From assembly GCA_965112155.1 (NCBI GenBank), contig OZ218114.1: a DNA stretch of 64,000 bases; one strand, written 5' to 3'. The first letter of the stretch is position 1; each line of letters begins with the position of its first letter. The position numbers were made by a program, and so were the translations under genes. Shown piece by piece: positions 51,660-63,824 of this stretch. The DNA comes from Podarcis liolepis (Eukaryota). A model generated the notes under the pieces. It did not search any database, had not been told where the DNA came from, and worked only from the letters and a program-made list of their open reading frames with translations.

Positions 51660-53402
51660 GTCACAATAGCCCCACTATTGCATGCTTTTACAAAAACTAA
51701 AGAAATGGGTCCCCATGTTTGAAGTGTCCCCCATTGTGTGCGCTGTTGTACATGCATAGCTGCAGCTTAACGTCCTTAAAGCGTATCCTGGCACCAGCCA
51801 CAGAAGCAGAACCTCTCATCCAAGAGCTAACAGTGCAATCCCAACCCCCAGATATTCCAGTTGGGAGAGGTCAGGATGTAGCATATATTCCCATCTCTTG
51901 GTGAGTTGGGCATGAGCCAGCATAAATGGCTTAACCCACCATATCTGCTTACCTCAACTGAGGGGAAACCCCTGCTGGTTGTTGTTGTTCTGATGTAGAG
52001 GGCAAAAAAGGAGATATGTCAAGAGGGAATGGACATGTAGAGGGCAGGGAGAGGAAGTTGCCCTGCATCCTAACTCTCTTCATTCACTTGTCTTACCCAC
52101 AGAACCAGGGTTGTGTACATATTCCTGTTCACTCTGCATCTGGTGTGCTCCAACCACTGCTTTTGGAAGTGGTGTCCACACATTAGACATGGTCCCTGTC
52201 CATCCTGCATGTTTCCTGTAGTTTTTTATGACATGCGGCATTTTGAAGTGCTTTCCCCAAAACCAGCTTCGACCCAAATTGGGGGGCGGGGGGGAATACC
52301 TAGTTGCATTTTAAGCTGGTAATGTGTACACAGTCTTGGTGTACACCACCTGAAAACACAAATGTATCTTAAATTCACCCTATAGGAGTGGCAAAAAATA
52401 AAGATTTATACTGTCTCCATCCCACCCTCCGGCCAGGAACAGCTAGAATATAGCTTATCTTACACTGGAGATGTGTTGGTGCATCGAGAATTGCTCTGCC
52501 ATTAAGTACACTCTTCACAGCACCATGATGGCCACGCATCCTTTCCTGACCAATCATCACAATTTTTCTAATAGTGTCTTGCCACTCTAAATCGACTTAA
52601 CCTTTGGATGGGCAGTCTCTTGTCTCCCTGCCCACCAACCCCTTGAGACACATCCAGCCTTCATGCCTTGCATCCTGGCAAGCTGCACACGGAGCTGCCT
52701 CAAACTCACTAATTGGGTGTTACCAGTTAGTGAATCAAGGGCACTTGGCCCTAGAGATGTATTTCAGGTCAAACATTTCTAGCCACAGTACAATGTTCTA
52801 GGATGGGACTGTCCAAGCAAGCCTTACAAGCCTGTCCGCTGACTAAGACCAGAGAAAAAGTACATATTCTGCAAATGCTTGCTCTTTCTTAGGGCTGGGC
52901 AGACACTTGCTCCAAGGACACAAGAACACCCAGCAGCACCAGAATTCCTGGTTCAGCCCTGCAACCTATGCATCTGGTGTGCAAAGCAGCCTCTGAGCTG
53001 AGCCCCATCTTCAAGCCACAACAGAGTCTGCCTATATTCAGCATTTCCCCATCAGTGGCCCTCACTTCAGCCTAGGCAGAGAGCCTGTTCTAAAAGCAAA
53101 AAGTCATCTAGATCTTTAATAAGATCTTTAATAAGGCCCAGAGGTCAGAGGGCTGTAAAGTATCCTTTGACCTTGGCTAGTGCTTTCTCTTCTGCCTATT
53201 ACATTCTCCAGGACAAGCAATCACTATTCCTCTTGCCCAGCAGGAAACTGAGGCAGAGTGATGCCAAAGATCATGCCATAAGAAAGACACAGAGCCAGGC
53301 AGTCCAAAAGGCTCCTTCCTGCCTACCTCCTCAATTTCACTCTGCCTTGCTGCTCAATGCTTGCTCTCCTTTTAAGGCAGAGCAGGGGAGCTCGTGGCCC
53401 TT

Positions 53403-53545
53403 AGGAAGAGAAGTAGCTCAGTGGTGGAGCATCTGGCTTGTACATGGAAGCCCCAGCAGCATCTCCAGGTAGGGCTGGGGGACATTACCTGAAGCGCCGG
53501 ATTTAGGGCGGTTCCCCCCCACAGGGTGCTAAGTTGAGGGGCCAC

Positions 53546-53590
<45 letters not shown>

Positions 53591-53808
53591 GGTATCGTCT
53601 GAGAAGATCTATTAAAAAGCAGCTGTATCAAAACGAATTACAGTATTGTGAAAATAACAACTACTTGGAGGGGGAGGTGCCAAATTTTGTTCTTGCTCAG
53701 GGCGCCGTATTACCCTGGTCCACCCCATTACCTCGCAGAGGTGCTGCCAGTCTGAGCTAGCTGACCCAATGATTCTGACTCAGTTCAAGGCAGTTTCCTA
53801 TATTCCGT
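53403..53808 (+). mobile_element. Squam3-like SINE split by a 235-bp insertion
   Basis: GTAGCTCAGTGGTGGAGCATCTG (A-box) ... CATCTCCAGGTAGGGCTGGG [insert] GCTGCCAGTCTGAGCTAG..CTGACTCAGT..AAGGCAGTTTCCTAT. Confidence 0.8.
53491..53725. mobile_element. hAT-like MITE relic containing (AAT)n
   Basis: Flanked by the exact 8-bp direct repeat CATTACCT (53483-53490 and 53726-53733). GCCGGATTTAGGG near the 5' end. (AAT)n at 53546-53590. Confidence 0.65.
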
Positions 53809-54720
53809 ATGTCGCCCGACGCCATCGACCCTAGCCAGTTCAGCCAAGGGGGCCCGCGAAAGTCACCGCGGTTTCAAGGGTTGCTGTCGATCGCCCCAGG
53901 CAAGAAAGGAAGGCGCCTCCTTCCCCAGAGTTTAGAGCTCCGCCTTACCTTTTTAAAAGCCTTACCTGAAAGGCGCTAGCCGGAAACCTGAAGTCCCCCA
54001 GCGCAATTCCCTGCCCACCGTTTCTCGTCGCTACCTGGTGCACACACGTGCCCATCCGATGGGCGGCGGCGGCGACACGCTCTCCTGTGATTAAAGGGGG
54101 GGGGGATGAATGAATGAGTGCCGCCGGTCCGAGACTCCTGCTGCCCTTCCTCCCTAGCTGGGGTCCGTGGGGTTTGGGACTAAGGGGAGGCCTACACTCC
54201 ACCCACGAGTGACGGGCTTCTCAGAGGCGCCTGACGGGCCACTGTGAGAACAGGGCGCTGAGCGGGCCGGATGAGGCCCCTTTGTCCTGGCTTTTGGCTT
54301 AGGCTCTGAAGGCCTCGCCGGCTAAGAGTCGCCCCACACACCGGGGCCCAGTGCCCACTTTCACAGCCCGGCGGGGCTCCTCCTACCGGTGTGGGAGATT
54401 CCAAGTATGTCTATCCGCCGCCTCAGCGTCCCTCAAGGCCAGGCCTCTTGGCGAGCGGCAGCCTCGACCTACGGCTCAGTTGCCTTCGGCTTCCTGGGCT
54501 CCGTCCCGCCAGTTTCCCGCCGCCGCAACATTCCCTCGTGGCGCTTCCGGAGCGGGGTCCTGAGGGCATGGCGAAGGGGCTCCATCGGGCGCCGGCTCGC
54601 TCGTTTACCTTGCGAGGAAGCCCCATCGAAGAAAAGGACCGCGCTTCATTCCGAGCACCGCGGCGCCGTCTATAGTCTCTCTTCCGAGGGCGGGAGAGTT
54701 CGGCCTGGCAGGCTCCCTCT
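53805..54720. promoter_or_regulatory. Second CpG island (unassigned promoter)
   Basis: High GC/CpG. ETS-like CCGGAA near 53980 and CTTCCGG near 54544. Minus-strand donors at 53948, 53965 and 54608. Confidence 0.7.
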
Positions 54721-55201
54721 CAGCCCCAGGCAGGGCCTGCTTTGCACACACCATGTTCGTTTTTATGTATCTGATACTTTTCAATGGTCCCCTTCAAGCA
54801 TTTCAGAGTAACCAGGACAAATAGCTACGCACAGGAAGCGGTTGTTGAGGCTCAGCTGTACAGCCGCGCACCTGCTGGCTACTGAGTTCTGCTTGCCTTG
54901 ACTGAAAAGCCTAGAACACCTTGCAATGCCAGGGACACCCAGCCTGGTCCAAAATAAAGCCAAGACAACACTCTCAGGACAAATCGCCTGTTTTGCTGTT
55001 GTGTTGCGCATAACCCTGTGCATTCTCCTCAGGGTTGCACTTCTGTTCTTAGGGTATCAGAATTCCCCAGTGCTATGTAAGTTGTTGTATTCTTTGCCAT
55101 GTGGGAAGTGATGGTAAAAGGAGTATGAAAGTCTTTTTAACTTGCAAAGTAATGAACAGCACAACTTTCCCCTGATAACTGCCCAGAACACCTTATTAAC
55201 A

Positions 55202-55249
<48 letters not shown>

Positions 55250-55290
55250 TTTATTATTTATACCCTGCCCATCTAGTTGGGTTGCCCCTA
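55202..55290 (-). repeat. (AAT)n microsatellite abutting an L2-type 3' tail
   Basis: (AAT)n at 55202-55249 followed by TTTATTATTTATACCCTGCCCATCT. The same tail family occurs at about 62735-62815. Confidence 0.85.
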
Positions 55291-56036
55291 TAGGTTGCTC
55301 CCTCAAAAAAACTGTAGATTCTTACCCTCTGTTGATCTCTGTGTTCAGTATCTGTGATTTCTCTTCTCCATTGCCTCTGCTCAAGGGGGAACTACCCCAA
55401 TATTATTGATGTAGATAAATCACAAACTTTTATAAACGGAGGCAACATGGAGGGGTTCCATCATCTATCAGGCAATGTGTGAAACTCCTTTGTGGCTCAA
55501 GAACTGCAGGGATCCCCTCAGCCAACCAAAAGAAGAGCATCCACCTCAGGTCTTGTCAGTTTGCAATAAAAAAAGAACATTTTGGGGTACAAGGAGGACT
55601 GAAACACTATTTTTTACGGAGGGTGAAAGGAAAATTTATTACCAAGGAGTACAGCTTTTTGGCGAACACTTTGCTATTGATGGATAAACCTTTCAGGGAT
55701 CAAAACAAAGGAAGGGAGAATCACATGCGTGGCTCCATTCCAGCTCAGCCTTGTTGTCCCTGCCAAGCGAGTCTCTTCAGATACATTTAGCATTCAGTGC
55801 TCCTGCTATTGGTAAGTCATCAGAATATATCCCAAGTTCTGCTTTCTTGTTTCTTCTTCACACCCTCTTCACCAAACAGCTTTAGTGTGGCTGCCCCAGC
55901 AATCCTAAACCTGAGTGGGTCACTTCATCAGGAAGTTTCTTCAGAACAGAAGACCTCAGGATCTGTGTGAAAGTGAAACATAGGGAGCTCCACTGTCATT
56001 AGATGATTTGTGTAATGGAGCCCACAGATACCACAT

Positions 56037-56472
56037 TGTAATGGGTTTGAGTTACTCGTGCGTAAATTGTCCCCGTTAGGGGGCTTAATTGCCTTGGTTA
56101 AACCGTCCTGACTGCACAGCCCATCTCAGTGTGGCTGCCTCAGTCGCTAGCAGAATCTGTCTGTGGGCATTTCTTAAACCTTTTCCAGCATAAAAGCTGT
56201 TTGACTCCCAGTCGTCTCCGCCTTTCATTGCGCGGGAGTCTTCTGCACAGGGAGGGCGTGGGTAGTGGAGGACCAGTGCTTTCCTCACTGACGTCCAGGG
56301 AAGAATCCCGGAGCTCTCCCTCCGCTTCCTCCCTTTTCCCTCCTTGATCCCTGGTGTTACGCCGATTTCCTTCCTCCTCTACCAAGCTGCGTCTCCCCCT
56401 AGTGCTGGTACCTTTCCTTCAGAATCGGGGAGCCTCTCCTTTGCCTTTCGCTCTGATGGCAGTTCCCTGACA
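56037..56472 (-). mobile_element. Solo LTR (436 bp)
   Basis: TGTAA...TGACA termini. Exact 5-bp TSD CACAT at 56032-56036 and 56473-56477. CpGs retained. Strand is a guess. Confidence 0.7.
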
Positions 56473-58384
56473 CACATGTAGGGCATTTGGCAAGTCATCA
56501 GCATTGTTCCTGGGAGCTCAGTGGATACAGGGACACTGCGGTCCACGGGCATGGATTAGAACCCACCTAGCTTGCAAAGAGGGTCCACACCAAATATCTC
56601 CTCACAATCAAGTCAAAACCTGGTTGAAGTCTTTTGATCAAAAAGCTTCCCTAAACCTGAAAATAAACAAAAGCAAAACAGAATTTGGGCCACCAAATTG
56701 CCTTGATTATATTCACACAAACATCTCAGACTTCTCAAAATGGGACTTGGTGAAATGCAGTAAAACTGGCCTCCAGCGAAGCTGCGCCCTTCTTGGCCCT
56801 TCCTCACTATATGCCTAGGCTGCCCGTATGGGCTGTCAGCCCTCTCAGCTCCCTCCCTCCTTCTTTTTTTCCCTTTTGCTACAGGAACAGGAGCATCTCA
56901 CTACATGCAGCACAGTTGTGTTAGGGAATTATATTGTCCAGATCAGAGGTCCGCTCTGTAAGAAGATTACAGGGCTGGATAGAATTCTCACCAATTTTCA
57001 ACCAGGTTTAGCAACTATCCAGTGAAAGTGGTCCAATAGGCTTTCGTCAAAACTTTAGAGTTGCACACAACTGTGTGGTTTAACTCAAATGCATTTCCCA
57101 AAATCAATAATAGCATAATACCTTTGTTGGGTCATGCATTTTTGAGATATTGCCCTTTAGTTTATTTAACCAAAGTGAATTTATCAGAAGCTGAGGTGGA
57201 AGGAACTATTTTTATTGTCAGATATCAGACTGCTAATCCAGGATGGAAGATGTATGTGGCAGGTTGCCTGCCTAGTGCAAGGAAAGCAGATCTCACACTT
57301 CATCTGGGTAGCGCTGGGGAGGAGTCTTGGCAGTTTTGGTGCCAACAACATAGGGAAATGCAGTTATGCAGCCTTGGAAACAAAATTTAGGTTGCTAGGT
57401 AGGAAATTTGAATCCATCATGTTCAAGCTGTTTTTTTCAGAAAAGCTACCTCTTCCACACTCTGGATCAGCTAAACAGGTGGAGCTGAAGGGTCTTAATG
57501 TGCAGATGAGAATGGTAGTGTCAAGAGGAGGAGTTTGATTGGTTAGGCACTGGAGAATGTTTAGGGACATACTGAATAGAAGCTCCACTTGAACTGAAAT
57601 AGAACCAGACTGCTGGTGTTCAATACCAAAAATGTGACAGGGAGGCTTTTAAACTGTCTCCTAGGGGAAAGCCAATGAGCTGGGGAGTATCCAGTTTGGA
57701 AGAAACCATCCATAAGGGGTGAGGATGAAAATGGGGGCAGGATAGTTCTAGACTGTGAAGGTGCAGTAGGATATTTTTGAAAATGATGCGCAGAGTTGTG
57801 GATCTGCTTAGAAAGTAGGATTTCCTTTTGCAATCAACACATGAAATCTGTTGATGGAAAATAAATTGTTTATTATAAGCAGTACGCAACTTGGATAATA
57901 TAACATTTTTAGTTCCAAACTAACCTAAGATGAAGAAAACAAAGATGGCCATGTTTTCCCCTTTATTCCCTGAAGAGATAATTCCAAGATGACCTTGCAG
58001 CTTGAGGTCCGAGAGAAGTGAGGAAGGAGAAGCAGAAGTTAGAGAGGATGCAACTTGAGAATATCAGTCTTAAGATCAAATGATAGGTCAGCATAGAGAT
58101 CAAAGGGAAAGAGGCAGTTGAGGGATCTGGAGGTGGTTTACTCTTATCTGTCTTAACCCTATGCAAACTCTTTACTGCAAGCTGTGTTGCATCCCTACTT
58201 CCAACAGATATGATAGCCAGTCAAAGAAGCCAAAGGGGGAAACAAAGGTGCTATAGACAGTGTTTTATATACTAATGCCAGAAGCTTCTGAGCCAAAATG
58301 AGGCACTTGAAGAGCTTGGTTTTCAAAGGAGAACATAATGGAAACTGGATAAATTGATAGAACTATGAACTGCAAGTAGTTCTT

Positions 58385-58700
58385 CTTCCAGTACATTGTT
58401 AAACTATGGAATTCACTGTCACAATATATAGTAATGGCCACCAACTTCACTTTAAAAAAGAATTAGACAAATTTATGAAAGACAGGGCTATCAAAGTCTA
58501 CTATCCAGGATGGCTATATACTACCTCCAGTATCAGAGGGTGCATGTATCTGCATTGCAGTTGCTTTGGGAATAGAATCAAGAAAACGCTGTGATGCTCA
58601 TGTCTTGCTTGTGATCTTCCCATATGCCACTGTGGGAAACAGGATGCAGGACCAGGTAAACCTTTGGTCTGATGCAAGAATTCTCTTCTGATGTTCTCAT
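58385..58700 (+). mobile_element. CR1 3' end
   Basis: GTTAAACTATGGAATTCACTG..ATGGCCACCAACTT..TTAGACAAATTTATG..GGCTATCAA...GCCACTGTGGGAAACAGGATGC..TGGTCTGAT..ATGTTCT. Confidence 0.85.
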
Positions 58701-59310
58701 CATCATGGCCTTTTTGGTTGTGGCATCCTCATTTTCTTAGTTTAGAGGCTGGATTCATTCCTGGGTGTCTTTCAGGCTTTGCTGGAAAGTAGGAGGGAGT
58801 GTGAATCCTTTTTCTATTCCTGAAATGTTAATAATTGTTTATAAACTATTTTCATTAACTGTTTTTTAAGGACTTGCCTGGTTGCCTGGTTGACGGTAGT
58901 TGTTATTTTTGTTGTAAATCACCTTGAGGGATTGGTTCATAGAATCTAAGAGTGAATGAATAAGTGCAGACATTGATAACTCATCAGAGGGCTTTTCCTA
59001 CCAAAGGAGACGGGGTCCCTAATCGATTTTCCAAATTTGAATTTAACTTTTGATCCAATACTGAATTGTACAGATTTAGTAGTGACCATTTATAAGACAC
59101 TCATTGGGAGTGGGGGTTTATAAGCAGAGAGCTGTGATGACCTCAGAATAAAACTCTGCCCAGCCCAGGCCTTCTGGGGATTGTGGGGGTGGGGGACACA
59201 GGGGCAGCCAAAAACAATGAATCCCAGCGTATCAAATGTGTTGAATTCTGGTACCAAAGATAGTACAATAGAGGAGACTCTGTATGTCCAAGAGGCTTGA
59301 CTTCCCCAGT

Positions 59311-59492
59311 CATAGGAGCGAACTCCTAGGGGTCGAGCTCCCTTCGGTCTCCCTCAAAATATTTGAGGGGCCCGCCCCCCCCAAAGTTGATAGGCATTGC
59401 CATTAAAATGGGGTGGGTGGGTCTTGTGATTTATTATGCAGGGCTTATCTGACACACACGCACCCAATATTTTATTCAAGTTGGCACCCCTG
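59311..59492. mobile_element. 182-bp hAT-type MITE
   Basis: Imperfect TIR CATAGGAGCGAACT / AGTTGGCACCCCTG. 8-bp TSD TCCCCAGT/TCCCCAAT. Confidence 0.8.
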
Positions 59493-60227
59493 TCCCCAAT
59501 CCCCTTATGGAGCAGAAAAGATTTGCCGTGAAATATTAAAGTTGCCCATGGCAACTTGAAAGAAATCACAGACTGAGAACTTGCATTTCATCTCAAGGTG
59601 AAAGCAGCAGCAGGATTTAAGCTAGCAGATTTATTGGCAAAAACTTTTTGTGGACAACAGTCTGAAGAGCCTCCAAAATCTGCCTGCTCTACCCTGAAGG
59701 AGCTGCAGGTTGTAGTGAAGCCTCATTCTTTCATGGAACAGTCTGAGCAGCCCATTTTAGGGTGGGGCAGTGTCCAGGTAAAAAAGGTTATTTTCCAACA
59801 AGCCGTTACTCCTGGGGAGCTGCATTCCTCCTCCTCTTCCTCCCGCCACCTCTGGGAAGCCACCCCTTGTCTGGCAGAAGTAAGTCCTCCTGGAGAGACT
59901 GTCTAGGCATACCATGTGTCCTATCTGATTCTTCCATTGCCTTGCTTCCTGTGGAAAATGTCTTTCAGCCTGAAGGCCACACTCCTTTCTGGTAACCTAC
60001 CAGTGACCACACATATACCAGTGGCGGGCATGACGGGGCAAAAGTGGCTAGAGCAACAAATGCAAATGTTACCTTTGTACAGTTGGCTCATTTCTGCACA
60101 CAGTTCTGCACAAGAGGCATTGCAGAATTAAAGGACACATTCCAGCCATGCAAAACACTTGGGGTGTGAAGCAGGGCCAGTGAGGGATGTGACCTGAGGG
60201 CCAGAGGAATAGACTTGAAGGGCCATA

Positions 60228-60469
60228 CAGTGGTACCTTGGGTTAAGTACTTAATTCGTTCCAGAGGTCCGTTCTTAACCTGAAACTGTTCTTAACCTGA
60301 AGCACCACTTTAGCTAATGGGGCCTCCTGCTGCTGCCGCGCCACCAGAGCACGATTTCTGTTCTCATCCTGAAGCAAAGTTCTTAACCCGAGGTACTATT
60401 TCTGGGTTAGCGGAGTCTGTAACCTGAAGCATATGTAACCTGAAGTGTATGTAACCCGAGGTACCACTG
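60228..60469. mobile_element. 242-bp Tc1/mariner (Tigger-like) MITE
   Basis: TIR CAGTGGTACCTTGGGTTA / TAACCCGAGGTACCACTG. TA TSD on both sides. Internal TAACCTGAAG repeats. Confidence 0.93.
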
Positions 60470-61019
60470 TATTCAGTTCCCCAGCCACGGCCTATATCTT
60501 CAGCAACAGCAGCTAGTCGGCCCTTGTGGAGCAGCCTCTGGGTGACAGAGCAGTCCCTTTTACCATGCTATAATGTCCAGGACCTTTGTCCTCATCTCAG
60601 CGGCCAACGAACTAGCATGTGGAACTCTTTTATGTTTTCTAGATTAAATATGACAGGTGGGGATGCAGTTGGACAAGTGTGTAAGCTCTCTAGTACTGGT
60701 GTAAAGAATGGCAGAGATGTTTTTCTCCTTCAAAAAATGTGGGATGACCACCAAAATTTATTTGCGGCAGGTTTGCAATGGGGGGGGCACAGGGGAGTAT
60801 GACTTCATCACACAACTTGCAAGGTTGGTTCACTGTCACAAGATATAGTGATAACCACTAGCTTTTAGCTGCATGGGAGTTGCTGCTTGACATGCTTTTG
60901 TAGCCCCATGCCAGAGCATCTGTATACCTTTGTCAAGAGAAGGAAGCCATTCCTTCCCACACCAGCATCTCTGGCCCTGAGGGGAGCGGGCAACACCAGA
61001 ACAGACGGAACATTATCAC

Positions 61020-61375
61020 TTTTTGTATTTTTATTTATGTGTTTATTTTGACAGGTATCCCCTGCCTTTTATGATGAAACAAAACCCAAGGCAGCTTACA
61101 AGTAAAAGAGTAAGTCAGACAAACTAAAAACAATCCCAATAATAGCACACCTGCAGTAAAAACAGCAACGTAAAAGCCATTATCAGCCACAAAAGCTGTA
61201 ACTAAAAACATTGATCAGGATAAAATAGTTTTAAGAGCCCATTTGAAATCAAAAAGTATTCGAAATGCATTTGTACCTCTTCCTGGAAAAGTGCAGAATT
61301 AGACCAGAGATAAGCAGCTCCCACGGGACTCTGGCAGGGTCTGAATTGTGCCTCATATGGCTTTTGAAAAGGAAA
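61020..61375 (-). mobile_element. L2-type 3' tail relic
   Basis: TTTATTT..TATCCCCTGCCTTT..CCCAAGGCAGCTTACAA followed by an A-rich antisense UTR. Confidence 0.6.
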
Positions 61376-61384
61376 AGACAAATT

Positions 61385-61605
61385 CCTGAGAGAATCAATG
61401 TCTTATCAATGGCTAATGGAGCCTCCATGTTCAGAAGAAGTCTGCATCTAAATGCCACATCTGGGGAACAATCAGTGGGAGGAGGCCTGTGGCCTTCATG
61501 CCCTGCTTGGGGGCTCCCCGTGATCTTGTGGCTGGCCTCTGCTGGAAACAGCAACCTTAGCAAAATGGACCATCCTCGACCTGATACGGCAAGGCAGCTC
61601 TCAAG
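61385..61605 (+). mobile_element. CR1 3'UTR relic
   Basis: TATCAATGGCTA..CCTCCATGTTCAGA..CATGCCCTGCTTG..CTGAT..GCAAGGC. Confidence 0.65.
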
Positions 61606-63159
61606 GGTCAGGAAGGAGCTGCTTTCCTCTATCTTTCGTTGCAGTGCTACTGCTCCATTTCCCCCTTTGCCTATTCAACTGTCTCCACTATCCTTAATAA
61701 ACTCATCTTTGATTTACTATAATTGGACACAAAGTGTTCTGTGGTTAACAGGAGGAGAACAGAGATAAGCTGGTCAATTCTGGGCTAATGACTCTCCGGA
61801 GGCAGGTATCTTTTTTCTCATTCTTCTTCTGCATGCCAAAGGTCTCTGAGTCCAGGACAGGCAGTGCCAGATATCCCAGAAGAATAGCAGCAGAGCAAGT
61901 TGAAGACTGAGAGGTGGTGCTCACTTTGTGCCTTGACTGGGCTGCAAAGGGCATTCCCAGAAGAGGATGTGTTGCATACTACTTTAGGAGAGCACCACAG
62001 TCCCTAAAGCACTATAGGAAACCCCACTCCTGTCTCTGAGGTTGTCCAAGAGATAGGGGCCTGGCAGAGTCCAGGATTTGTGCTCAGATGGGAACATGGC
62101 CCGTCTAGTGCGGCTGAGAATAGAACAATATATCTTATAGAATGTTGAATGGCTATCATGTCTTCCTTCAGTGCTCTTTCATTGCCTAGTTCCACCCCAC
62201 CTTCATTTGGACGATCATGAACATTTTTGCTCAATATCTCCTGAACTGAATGCTCCCCAGATCTTGCAAGCTTTTCCCTGGAGTCAAATTTAAAAGCTCA
62301 TCTGCTACCTTTTTTTTTGCTATTGAGTGCCAGCAGTCGGTTCCATTCCATTCAAGCAGGCCTTTTGTAGACTCGGCACCCTACATTGATGCTGACGTGT
62401 GCAACAACCAAGGCCTTCCCAGCCTATCAAGGAAAAGCATGACGCTGTCGCCATCATCACCATTGTCTATTTATGACCTGCTTTTCCATGTTAAGCCATG
62501 CTCAAAGCAGCTCACACATCAATAAGTTTTCATAAGATAATTCACTAACAATTACAAGGTATAACAAAATTTAAATAGTCATATAAACAATATGCTTGTT
62601 AAATCACATATTAATGAACAGACTTATCAATGGATTATCAATGGATTGTTTGATGTTAAAGAAGAAGCCAGATTAAAGTAAAAATCACACATTTCCAAAA
62701 TTAAGCATCTTGACTCCAGCAACAGCCCTTAAACAATACCCCGCCCATCTGGCTGGGCTTCCCCAGCCACTCTGGGTGGCTTCCAAAAAAATATTAAAAT
62801 ACTGTAATACATCAAACAACTGTAATACATCAATGATCTCTATGCACCAGGTTCAACCTTTATATAGCTTGAGTTTGTCAGAAGGTAGAAATGATCAGGA
62901 TAGAGAGAGAAAAGGCCACAGGAAATCAGTCCAGAACATAGTCCAGAGACAAGATTAGGCAATGGTCCAAGCTCAATGCCACAGGGAGTCCAAACAATGT
63001 ACAGCAAGGTTCAAGAGCCCAAAACCTGCACTGGTCCCTCCAAGAACAACTGCAGCTGAATAACCACCGTCGTCTTTAGCATCTTCCTCCTCCAATAGCA
63101 CCATTGTTATCAATGAAGGCATAACTGTCCTTAATGGCTAGGAGTGCCTTTTACCTTTT

Positions 63160-63520
63160 CTTGTTGGGAAGCTGCAGGTTATACAGAACATGGTGGCTGG
63201 AGTGCTGTACAGAGTAGCCTACCACAACCATATTTTACCAGTTCTGAAGGAGCTGCATTGGCTACCATTTTTTTTACTGAGCCACATTTAAGGTGTTCTT
63301 GCTGACGCAAAACTCTGTACAATTTGGAGGCTGGATATCTGAAGGAACACCTTCTCCCCTAATAGACCTGACCAATTGCTAAGATCATCAGAGGTGGCTG
63401 TCCCAGCAAGTGTAAGCAGCAATCCAAGGAAATGCCTTTTCTATGGAGGAACCAACTCTCTGGAGCTCCCTCACCTCTGAAAAGAGACAGGATGAGTGTT
63501 TGATGCCATCTTTAAGACCC
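63160..63520 (+). mobile_element. L2-clade LINE ORF2 C-terminal relic
   Basis: KLQVIQNMVAGVL...HILPVLKELHWLP...FKV...GYLKEHL. Confidence 0.85.
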
Positions 63521-63824
63521 ACCCTTGCTGGTTACTGATTCCCAGCTTGGATTAAGAGGTAGAGCTGGAAACAGTGGGTGACATATTGCAGGTCTTTAAT
63601 ACGCTGCTTTTTGTGTGCTGCTCTGGTGTCTCTCAGGTTCCCTAGGCTTTGGCAGAAGGTGTCATCTGAGGAGAAGAGGGTCTCCTTTCAAAGCCATTCT
63701 CTTCTTTGGTTTCTCTCTGGTGTCCAGTTCCAGTGATACCTCCTTTCCTATAGGGAGCTGTGGTAACTTTAACCCCCTATGAAATGGAGTAGGTACACAT
63801 GATGACAAGGGGCTCTGGGCATCT

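Noticed and set aside
53410-53470. tRNA gene
   Set aside because: The A-box-like head belongs to a tRNA-derived SINE. There is no cloverleaf, and SINE body sequence follows.
57400-58180. Ancient L2 relic or pseudogene
   Set aside because: Only faint motif resemblance, too degraded to support a call without an HMM search.
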